A stretch of 35,535 bases of DNA. Source: Puia sp. (GTDB taxonomy: Bacteria > Bacteroidota > Bacteroidia > Chitinophagales > Chitinophagaceae). Shown here piece by piece: positions 1 through 7,414 of this stretch. The number at the start of each line of letters is the position of its first letter. Within the stretch, counting starts at the first letter, position 1. The stretch lies in NCBI GenBank assembly GCA_036010185.1, contig DASYSV010000353.1:1-35535 (forward strand), read 5' to 3'. The translations under genes and the position numbers were made by a program. The notes below the pieces were generated by a model. The model was not told the origin of the DNA. It did not search any database and saw only the letters and a list, made by a program, of their open reading frames with translations.

Positions 1-48
1 TTGTCCGTACTTCGCCATAAAATAATGTATATAGATGCGCGGCCGCAA

Positions 49-306
49 TTATCGTACCGCACCTTCCTCTTTCTCACCGTTTTGATTCTCCTCGATGTCT
101 TCTTTTCTAAGCGCCTCATTGTCCCATCCCTGTTCGTTGTCGTAATTGGCGCCCGCGTTTTTCTCGCTGCCTTGTTTCTCCGCATGTTTGTCGAGATCGT
201 TCGACCCCTGTCCATAATTCGACCCGCCTTGCGTTGTCGAGCTATGGTGAAAATCTGCGCGGCTGGGCCGATCTTCCTTGATTTTGGGCGGCTGTTTTTT
301 CTTCAT
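49..306 (-). CDS. small hydrophilic hypothetical protein (85 aa)
   Basis: ATG start, highly charged and polar sequence, and a sigma54-type promoter just upstream (330-345). Confidence 0.65.
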   Translation of the reverse strand: MKKKQPPKIKEDRPSRADFHHSSTTQGGSNYGQGSNDLDKHAEKQGSEKNAGANYDNEQGWDNEALRKEDIEENQNGEKEEGAVR

Positions 307-329
307 ACGATTCGCTTTTTGGTATGCGA

Positions 330-345
330 TGCAAAAGTTTCGCCA
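330..345 (-). promoter_or_regulatory. sigma54 (-24/-12) promoter
   Basis: Minus strand reads TGGCGA-AACTT-TTGCA, matching TGGCAC-N5-TTGC with exact spacing, upstream of the 49..306 ORF. Confidence 0.65.
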
Positions 346-379
346 ACCACTGCCGATTTAGTGTTATCTTGTGGGAAGC

Positions 380-748
380 ATGCATAAACTCCCGGCTTTC
401 ATATTGCTGATCCCGGTGGCCATCCTTTTCATCGGTACGGTGAGATTAGGGTCTATCTGTACGACCCCCGCCGCCTGTACGACCCCCGCCGCGACCCAAT
501 GCGCTAAGATGGACATGCCGGGGGAATGCGGGGCCTGTCATAAACACAAAGATCAGCCAAAAGAAAACCCGGGGTGCACTTGCTGTATGGAGTGCCCGTT
601 ATGTGCGCCGGTGACATTGAGTCCCGTGTTCCGGCTGGAGGTGATCCGCCAGGAAAAAACGATAGAATATGCGGTTATGCGCGATAATCCTTTAAGCGAT
701 TATTCCGAGCAACATTGGAAACCACCCGATCCTTCCCGATTCTCCTAG
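380..748 (+). CDS. Cys-rich protein with N-terminal hydrophobic segment, CxxC motifs and C-terminal WKPP (DUF2946/CruR-like layout)
   Basis: ATG at 380 (GTG at 371 is an alternative). Hydrophobic LPAFILLIPVAILFIG, then CGAC, CTCCMECPLC and HWKPPD near the end. Confidence 0.7.
   Translation: MHKLPAFILLIPVAILFIGTVRLGSICTTPAACTTPAATQCAKMDMPGECGACHKHKDQPKENPGCTCCMECPLCAPVTLSPVFRLEVIRQEKTIEYAVMRDNPLSDYSEQHWKPPDPSRFS
457..492 (+). repeat. 18-bp tandem duplication (CTTPAA x2)
   Basis: ctgtacgacccccgccgc occurs twice, in frame. Confidence 0.9.
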
Positions 749-784
749 TGTCCTCAACATTTTTTCACTTTTAATCTTTTCACC

Positions 785-964
785 ATGAATATATTGATGA
801 AAGGGGCATGCATTGGCCTGCTGGCGATGACCACGATGGCCTATGCAGGAAAGGGCAAACACAAAGCGCCGAAAGCGACCACGCAGACGACGCAGACCTG
901 TGGTCCGAATTGCCCGCACCCCTGTCCTCCGATCTGCACCGGAGGTTCCTGCTGTCATAAATAG
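785..964 (+). CDS. 59-aa secreted Cys-rich (metallothionein-like) peptide, absent from the ORF track
   Basis: Hand translation: MNILMKGACIGLLAMTTMAYA-GKGKHKAPKATTQTTQTCGPNCPHPCPPICTGGSCCHK*. Signal peptide ends in AYA, six Cys lie in the last 21 aa, and a terminator follows. Confidence 0.75.
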   Translation: MNILMKGACIGLLAMTTMAYAGKGKHKAPKATTQTTQTCGPNCPHPCPPICTGGSCCHK

Positions 965-993
965 AAAAACGATTATATTTATATAACCGCATT

Positions 994-1026
994 AACAGGT
1001 CCCCGCGTGTCGGGGACCTGTTTTTT
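994..1026 (+). terminator. intrinsic terminator
   Basis: Stem-loop aacaggtccccg-cgtgt-cggggacctgtt followed by a T-tract. Confidence 0.85.
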
Positions 1027-1037
1027 AACGCTGCAAG

Positions 1038-3257
1038 ATGAAAAAACTGTTAACCATCCTACTGGCAGGCCTCGCCGGTTGTGCCTTCCCGCCCGGTGCC
1101 TCGGCACAGATCTCCGATGACTCCATATCGGCTATTGTCAAAAAGCTGACCCTCGAAGAAAAGGTGGCCATGCTTCATGCGAATAGTTTGTTTTCCTCGG
1201 CCGGTGTCAGACGGCTGGGAATTCCGGACCTCGTTTGCGACGACGGTCCCCTAGGTGTGCGCGAAGATGTACTGGCCCATTGGCAGCCCGCCAATCTGCC
1301 CACTGATTCTGCCACCTTCTTTCCGAATGGCTCAGCCATTGCGGCCACCTGGGATCCCGACCTGGCCTATCGGTACGGGCACGACCTCGGTCAGGAAGCA
1401 AGAGCCCGGGGCAAACAGATCATCCTGGCCCCCGCCTTCAATATTACCCGCACCCCACTCAACGGCCGCACCTATGAATACTACTCCGAAGATCCTTTCC
1501 TCAACGCCCGTTTGACCGTGGCCTCGGTACGCGGCATTCAAAGCCAGGGCGTGGCCGCCTGCATCAAGCATTTCGCGGTAAACAACCAGGAACAGGACCG
1601 CGGCCGGATCGACGTCCTTGTCGATGAGCGCGCACTGAGGGAAATTTATCTTCCCGCCTTTAAGGCAGCGGTCACCGAGGCCGATGCATGGACCATCATG
1701 TCGGCCTACAATAAATTGAGAGGAGTCTATTGTTCGGAGAATGAATACCTCCTCGATACGATCCTGCGGAAAGAGTGGGGTTTCAAGGGTGTGGTCGTCA
1801 GCGACTGGGGCGGCACACACAGTACCGTCGATGCGGCAAATCATGGACTCGATCTCGAAATGGGCTCGGGTGAGATATATAACAAATACTTTTTTGCCGA
1901 TAGCCTGCTGGCCGCCGTAAAAACGGGCCGGGTCAGCGAAGCCGTGATCGATGACAAGGTCGCACGCATTCTCCGGCTGATGTTTAAGACCTCGCTGAAC
2001 CCTAACGCGGGCGCCGGCAGCATCAATACACCCGGTCACATTCAGACGGCCTATGATATCGCGGCCGAATCCATCGTCCTGCTAAAAAACGATAACCAGC
2101 TGCTGCCGCTGAAACCGGATAGGGTAAAAAACGTGGCGGTCATCGGCGATAATGCGGTTCATACTTTTCATAACGGCGGGTTTGGCGCCGGAGTAAAGGC
2201 GCGGTATGAAGTGACGGCACTCGAAGGCTTGAAGAACAGGCTTCCGGCCGGCGTGAGTATACGATTCGCGCAGGGCTAAACTGCACTGCCTCACCGCCGC
2301 GGGACGACAGCAAAAGCCGATTCGGGCGCCATCGCAGCGAAGTTGATCTCCGAAGCTGCCACCCTGGCGAGACAATCCGATGTCGCCTTGTTGTTCGTCG
2401 GAGGCAACCGCGACTATGAAAGTGAATCGTGGGACCGAACGGACCTCTCGCTCCCTTTTGGCGAGATGGCTCTTGTCGACGCGGTCACGGCAGCCAATCC
2501 CAGGACGATCATCGTTGTCGTGGGCGGCGCTCCCTACGATCTCAACGCCATACAGAAAAAACATCCGGCGATCCTGTGGTCATGGTATAACGGTTCTGAG
2601 AACGGGAATGCGTTGGCCGATGTGCTGATCGGTAAGGTCAACCCTTCGGGCAAATTGCCATTCACCTTCCCCGTCGCCCTCTCGGATGGCCCGGCGAATG
2701 CGGGTGGGGCGGACACGTATCCCGGCGTTCATTTGCAGGAGACCTATAAGGAAGGGATATTGGTCGGGTACCGCTGGTATGATACGAAGAAGATCAAACC
2801 TCTTTATCCGTTTGGGTACGGGCTTTCGTATAGCGGTTGGTCGTTCTCGAATATGAACATTAGTCGGCTCCCCGCGTCCTCCACGGCGCTTATCCGGGAG
2901 AAGGGAGGTGAAATACAGGGGACGAGGCCTATATTTAAAAAAGGAGATACGGCGACCGTCCGGCTGACGGTTCACAATACGGGCCGGTACGACGGCATGC
3001 AAACGGTACAGATATATGTTGCTATGGCGGGTTCCGCCATCGAGCGCGCCGCAAAAGAATTGAAAGGGTTCAAAAAAGTGTTTGTCCGGGCTGGTGGATC
3101 GGTCGATGTGACCATCGACCTACCTATCGACGACCTGGCGTATTACGATACGAACGCCGGCAAATGGAAGATCGAGCCCGGTATGTATGCGATCCTGGCA
3201 GGTACATCTTCGAGGGACATCAATGCAGGACGGGGCATTAATGTTGTTGCCGATTGA
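1038..3257 (+). pseudogene. GH3 beta-glucosidase (GH3 N, GH3 C, Fn3-like) interrupted by an in-frame TAA at 2277-2279
   Basis: ORFs 1038..2279 and 2343..3257 share one frame, and the sequence between them is open (AQG*TALPHRRG...KLISEAA). Signal peptide, DGPLGVR, EYYSEDP, IKHF and nucleophile SDWGG are in part 1; ESESWDR, PSGKLP, VGYRWY and YPFGYGLSY are in part 2. Confidence 0.85.
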
Positions 3258-3325
3258 ACCGGAACCCGGGCCGGAAGCGGTGCCCTCCTCCGGCAGGGAA
3301 AAGCATATATGCCCTGCGCCAAAAC

Positions 3326-3814
3326 CTATACCCCGACCTTCGCGCTCCTGCGTTCGAGCAGCACCGTGTCCCGCCATACCCCGTAATGTTGACCGATCCT
3401 TTCCCGCCGACCAACCTGGCGGAAGCCGAGGGCGTCATGCAGCCGGATGCTGGCAGTGTTCTCGGGAAAGATGCCGGCCTGTAAGGTCCAGATGCCGCCC
3501 GCCTCGCTTTCTTCGATCAGGTTGCTCAACAACATTTTTCCCACACCCTGACCACGATAACGCGCAGCGATATAGACGCTGACCTCGGCGACACCCGCAT
3601 AAACGCAACGACCGGATACCGGCGTGAGCGCCGCCCAGCCGGCGATGGTTTCGCTGTCAATGGCTATGAGGCGGCTATGAGTCAGGTGCGCCTTATCCCA
3701 TTCCTCCCAGGTAGGCGCGCTGGTCTGGAAACTGGCCTGACCGGTAGCAAGGCCGTCCTCATAGATAGCTTTTACGGCGGGCCAGTGTTCGGGGAGTAGG
3801 ACGGTAAGTTGCAT
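3326..3814 (-). CDS. arsN: GNAT N-acetyltransferase, phosphinothricin/arsinothricin acetyltransferase (ArsN1)-like
   Basis: SGRCVYAGVAEVSVY, acetyl-CoA motif RGQGVG, IFPENTASIRLH and GFRQVGRRERIG; last gene of an ars operon. Start taken at ATG 3814 (3856 is possible). Confidence 0.8.
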   Translation of the reverse strand: MQLTVLLPEHWPAVKAIYEDGLATGQASFQTSAPTWEEWDKAHLTHSRLIAIDSETIAGWAALTPVSGRCVYAGVAEVSVYIAARYRGQGVGKMLLSNLIEESEAGGIWTLQAGIFPENTASIRLHDALGFRQVGRRERIGQHYGVWRDTVLLERRSAKVGV

Positions 3815-3866
3815 CTTCGCGCGGATTTTTAGCGTTAGTTGGCGATCTGCCAGCATACGTTTCTGT

Positions 3867-4610
3867 TTATTGGGCCTTTCGCAGCCCTTCAGCGAATGTA
3901 CGCGGAAGAGGGCTATTTTCGACTGCCCGGGCGGCCTTTTCCACATCGTAGGTCGATCTGATGAATTCGACACCGATGCCGGAATGTTCGTCGACTGTAA
4001 GGATCACATAGCAGCCGCGCGGATCGCCGTCTTTTGGTTTGCCGACGGAGCCGATATTGATGGCGTGACGCTTATCGAAGACGCGATGGTACGGTTTATG
4101 GGTGTGGCCGAAACACAGGATATCCGCGTCGGCATCGGTCATGATGCGCACCATACTCTTTTCTTCCCGGTCTTCGAACAGGTATTCGTTGATGCGGCGG
4201 GGGCTGCCGTGGACGAGCAGGAGATTCAGTTTGTCGTCGTTCAACTGGAATTCGACCCGGATATGCGCAGGCAGCGTGCGGAGATACGCACGCTCTTCCG
4301 CCCCGATCACCTGGTTGGTATACGCGATCGAAACAGCCCCATTGGCCTTGTCTTCTTCGGTCTTATACGCGCAGCCGCAATCATCGCTCGCCCGCCCTAC
4401 ACCAAAATCATAGTTACCGGCAATGGTAGGAATACCACGGCGGCGGATCTCACGGATCACTTCGTTGGGCCAGACATTGTAACCGACGAGATCGCCAAGA
4501 CAATAGATGGCGTCGGGTTTTTGCCGATCGACGCTGGCAAAGAAGGCTTCGAGAGCAGGGAGGTTGGCATGTATGTCGGAAAAGAGTGCGATTTTCATTT
4601 TTCGGGACAT
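3867..4610 (-). CDS. calcineurin-like metallophosphoesterase with an extra CGC motif
   Basis: Motifs SDIHAN, GDLVG, GNYD, HGSP, GHTH and NIGSVG; additional DDCGCAY. Starts 1 nt after the arsM stop. Confidence 0.9.
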   Translation of the reverse strand: MSRKMKIALFSDIHANLPALEAFFASVDRQKPDAIYCLGDLVGYNVWPNEVIREIRRRGIPTIAGNYDFGVGRASDDCGCAYKTEEDKANGAVSIAYTNQVIGAEERAYLRTLPAHIRVEFQLNDDKLNLLLVHGSPRRINEYLFEDREEKSMVRIMTDADADILCFGHTHKPYHRVFDKRHAINIGSVGKPKDGDPRGCYVILTVDEHSGIGVEFIRSTYDVEKAARAVENSPLPRTFAEGLRKAQ

Positions 4611-4611
4611 T

Positions 4612-5457
4612 TTAGGAGCAGCAACCCGGCGCGCAGCAGGGTTGCGTCGTCAAAGGCTTCTCGCCGTACACGGTGATGCTGTATATGCCGGTGCCGGACC
4701 CGCGGAACTCTTCGATCCCGGCCGCATCCAGGTATTGCGCAAGAATGTCGTCCGGCAGATGGATGGCTTTTTCCTTCTGGATGAGCACCCTGGTAAATTT
4801 ACTGGCATCGATGAGCCCGAGATAGGCCTCCTTCCCGATCGCACCGGAGACGCATCCCGCATACATTTCCGCTGCCTCCCGTATCTTCTGCGGCAGCGCC
4901 CCCACCAGCACGATATCCGATATGCTGAAATGCCCGCCGGGTTTCAAAACCCGGTACATCTCCCGGAATACCGCCTCCTTATCGGGCACTAAGTTCAGCA
5001 CACAGTTGGAGACGATGACGTCCGCGACACCCGCGCTAACGGGCATTTTTTCGATGTCACCCTCGCGGAACTCCACATTGTTGAACCCCAGCTGCGCGGC
5101 ATTGGCGCGAGCCTTTTCGATCATCGCGGGGGTAAAGTCGATACCGATGACCTTACCGCTGTCGCCGGTCGCCGCCCGGGCAATAAAGCAGTCGTTGCCG
5201 GCGCCTGAACCCAGGTCGATCACCACGTCCCCCTTTTCGATCTGGGCGAACTGTGTGGGGAGGCCGCAGCCAAGACCCAGATCGGCATCGGGAGTATAGC
5301 CTTCCACGTTGCTATAGTCGTCGGTCATGATGTTGTAGACTTCGTCGGAACAGCATCCCGACCCGCAGCAGGAGGATTGATTGGTATCCCTGTCCTGCAG
5401 GGCGATCTCGCCGTATTTCCGGCGGACCAGTTCTTTGAGTTGTTCGGTCGTTTGCAT
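4612..5457 (-). CDS. arsM: arsenite S-adenosylmethionine methyltransferase
   Basis: SAM motif DLGSGAG; conserved Cys in LGLGCGLP, SNCVLNL and YAGCVSGA; Cys-rich termini (CCGSGCC, CCAPGCCS); downstream of arsR. Confidence 0.93.
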   Translation of the reverse strand: MQTTEQLKELVRRKYGEIALQDRDTNQSSCCGSGCCSDEVYNIMTDDYSNVEGYTPDADLGLGCGLPTQFAQIEKGDVVIDLGSGAGNDCFIARAATGDSGKVIGIDFTPAMIEKARANAAQLGFNNVEFREGDIEKMPVSAGVADVIVSNCVLNLVPDKEAVFREMYRVLKPGGHFSISDIVLVGALPQKIREAAEMYAGCVSGAIGKEAYLGLIDASKFTRVLIQKEKAIHLPDDILAQYLDAAGIEEFRGSGTGIYSITVYGEKPLTTQPCCAPGCCS

Positions 5458-5472
5458 AATGATTATATTTAT

Positions 5473-5488
5473 ATTGCGATATAACGAT
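5473..5488. promoter_or_regulatory. putative second ArsR operator, upstream of arsM
   Basis: attgcgatataacgat, an imperfect palindrome 14/16 identical to the site upstream of arsR. Confidence 0.6.
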
Positions 5489-5507
5489 GAATCCCGGCAA
5501 AAAAATT

Positions 5508-5840
5508 TCAACAGGCGCAATTACCGTCCACTTTATAAGCGGCGAACAGCGCGCCGATATCCTTTTGAAAGAGTGCCCACATTTTCGGTTCGATACAATA
5601 ACAGACGCTGGTGCCCTCGATCGTACCCTGGATCAGACCGGCCGTTTTCAGCTCCTTCAGATGCTGCGAGATCGTCGGCTGCGCCAGACCCAGCTCATCG
5701 ACCAGGTCGCCGCAAATACAGGCATTGGTCTTCAGCAGATGCTGGATGATGGCGATCCTGGCAGGGTGGGCTAGGGCCTTCATCATGCTGGCCAGCTTGT
5801 TCTGCTTGTCCGTGAAAATTTCCGATTTGGTGACGCCCAT
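5508..5840 (-). CDS. arsR: ArsR/SmtB arsenic-responsive repressor
   Basis: KALAHPARIAI, As-binding ACICGDL, HTH LAQPTISQHLKELK and C-terminal Cys residues. Confidence 0.92.
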   Translation of the reverse strand: MGVTKSEIFTDKQNKLASMMKALAHPARIAIIQHLLKTNACICGDLVDELGLAQPTISQHLKELKTAGLIQGTIEGTSVCYCIEPKMWALFQKDIGALFAAYKVDGNCAC

Positions 5841-5854
5841 GACTTTATCTATTC

Positions 5855-5870
5855 ATTGCAATATTACGAT
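5855..5870. promoter_or_regulatory. putative ArsR operator
   Basis: attgcaatattacgat, an imperfect palindrome about 15 nt upstream of the arsR start. Confidence 0.65.
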
Positions 5871-5923
5871 AAAATAAATCAAATCCAAATTTTTTCTTGA
5901 TCGGACGCCAAGCTTGCGTCCGG

Positions 5924-5955
5924 AAAAAGAAAATGCCGTCGGCGGACCGGCGGCA
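5924..5955 (-). terminator. intrinsic terminator after the response regulator
   Basis: Minus strand reads TGCCGCCGG-TCCG-CCGACGGCA-TTTTCTTTTT. Confidence 0.6.
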
Positions 5956-5968
5956 GCCGATTCAACGT

Positions 5969-6364
5969 TTAGTTCAATAGTTTGCTGACGGATTGCAACA
6001 AGGCAGCCTTCGTGAAAGGTTTCGGAAGAAAGAGATCGGCGCCAATTTCCAATGCAAAATCGCCGGCCGCCTTATCCACGCCGGAGATCATGATGATCTT
6101 CGTCTCGGGACAGTGAGCCTTCACATAACCGATGAAGTCGAAACCGAAGCCGTCCGGCAGCCGGTTGTCCATCAGTACCAGATCGGGCTTATTCTTCTTC
6201 AGGAAGATCGCGGCATCCGCAAGACTCTTTACATGATTGATACACAACTCTTTGTCATCCAAAATGAGATTCAGGAGCAAACACATTTCTCCCTCGTCTT
6301 CGATTAGTAACACTTGCTTGCAACGGCTTCCTGCCGGGTCTGTTGAATGGGAATTGGCGTGCAT
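5969..6364 (-). CDS. stand-alone response regulator receiver (CheY-like)
   Basis: LLIEDE, phospho-Asp in DLVLMDNRLPDG, ISG and LPKPF; no output domain. Confidence 0.9.
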   Translation of the reverse strand: MHANSHSTDPAGSRCKQVLLIEDEGEMCLLLNLILDDKELCINHVKSLADAAIFLKKNKPDLVLMDNRLPDGFGFDFIGYVKAHCPETKIIMISGVDKAAGDFALEIGADLFLPKPFTKAALLQSVSKLLN

Positions 6365-6393
6365 GGGTCTTGTTGTTTGGTTACCGGGTACAG

Positions 6394-6409
6394 AACAATT
6401 TTGAGGCCA
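6394..6409 (-). promoter_or_regulatory. sigma54-type promoter
   Basis: Minus strand reads TGGCCT-CAAAA-TTGTT, about 30 nt upstream of the receiver gene. Confidence 0.5.
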
Positions 6410-6529
6410 TTCCCCGATCCTTGTGCTGCCCGTGACCCCACCGCCCTCAAATGGGGAAGATGTAACACATAATTGTCCCCCGGCTCCCCAATCCAGCGTA
6501 CCTTTCCTTCAACAATTAAACATTTAACC

Positions 6530-7225
6530 ATGAAAAAATCCTTTACCGGCAGGCGTGATTTCATCAGGACCGCCGCCGCATTCACCGGCGGGTTCGCCGG
6601 ACTCTCCCTTCTTCCTTCTGCAACCATGGCAGGTCAACAGTCCGGCGATGGTTTCGTTCCCCCGCCATCCGGCCCCGCAGCCGATGATATTAACATCATC
6701 GGACCGAAGGAAGGTTATAGTCCGCATATTGGAACGCTTGTTTCGATGATGGCCTGGCTGCGTCCGCAAGTGATCGGCTCGGTAAAAGACCTGACGACCG
6801 AACAGCTCGATTTTCTGATCGACGATAAGGCCAACACCATCGGAGCCCTGCTCAACCACCTGGCAGCGACCGATGCCTTCTACCACGAGCATACATTCAC
6901 CGGCGTGGAGTGGGGAAAATGGGATCCGGCAGTAACCGAAAAATTCGGAGCCGCCATGGAATTGGGCGACGAAGGCCGGAAAAAGATCAAGGGGCATGAC
7001 GTCAAGTATTATCTCGACCTCCTGTGGCAGACCCGCGCAAGCACGCTCACCGAATTCAAAAAGCACGACGACAAATGGCTGATGACCGTCGATGACAAAT
7101 GGCCCTGGGGACCGACCAACAATTACTGCAAATGGTTCCATGTGTGCGAACACGAATCACATCACCTCGGCCAGATCAATCTGTTGAAGAGTCGCGTGCC
7201 CGGCGTAAAGAGCAGTAATATGTAA
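6530..7225 (+). CDS. DinB/YfiT-superfamily protein with Tat signal peptide
   Basis: GRRDFIRTAAAF twin-arginine motif followed by a hydrophobic stretch; NTIGALLNHL and WFHVCEHESHHLGQI His ligands. Confidence 0.8.
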   Translation: MKKSFTGRRDFIRTAAAFTGGFAGLSLLPSATMAGQQSGDGFVPPPSGPAADDINIIGPKEGYSPHIGTLVSMMAWLRPQVIGSVKDLTTEQLDFLIDDKANTIGALLNHLAATDAFYHEHTFTGVEWGKWDPAVTEKFGAAMELGDEGRKKIKGHDVKYYLDLLWQTRASTLTEFKKHDDKWLMTVDDKWPWGPTNNYCKWFHVCEHESHHLGQINLLKSRVPGVKSSNM

Positions 7226-7245
7226 GGGTGGGCCGGCACCCGTGC

Positions 7246-7414
7246 TCACCATGCCGCCGCTCAGTTTCACCGTGCCGCCGCTTCACCATGCCCCAACACA
7301 GTTTCACCGTGCCGCCAGGGGTTCATGCCGCCGCTTCACCATGCCCCAACACAGTTTCACCGTGCCGCCAGGGGTTCATGCCACCGCTTCACCATGCCCC
7401 AACGCAGTCTCACC
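7246..7414. repeat. 53-bp tandem repeat (about 2.6 copies plus upstream sub-repeats)
   Basis: Unit gccgccgcttcaccatgccccaacacagtttcaccgtgccgccaggggttcat starts at 7274 and 7327, with a partial copy at 7380. It lies between convergent genes. Confidence 0.9.

Noticed and set aside
1-387. 128-aa + strand ORF with hydrophobic character
   Set aside because: It is antisense to the 49..306 gene, which has a sigma54-type promoter. The hydrophobicity mirrors the purine-rich opposite strand.
785-964. RiPP precursor (lanthipeptide or ranthipeptide)
   Set aside because: It has a Sec-type signal peptide rather than a RiPP leader, and no modifying enzyme or peptidase-transporter is nearby.
2277-2279. Programmed readthrough or alternative genetic code at the GH3 internal stop
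   Set aside because: TAA is not a Sec or Pyl codon and ends many other genes in this window normally. A point change from a Tyr codon is simpler.
2343-3257. Independent gene starting at TTG 2343
   Set aside because: It is the in-frame C-terminal half of the GH3 at 1038, begins mid-domain and has no signal peptide.
3326-5840. Arsinothricin biosynthetic cluster
   Set aside because: No radical SAM arsL (no CxxxCxxC protein) and no exporter in the window.
7246-7414. Possible CRISPR array (also considered for 15681-15763, 16519-16588 and 17127-17225)
   Set aside because: Units are head-to-tail with no unique spacers, have only 2-4 copies, are unrelated between loci, and no cas genes are present.
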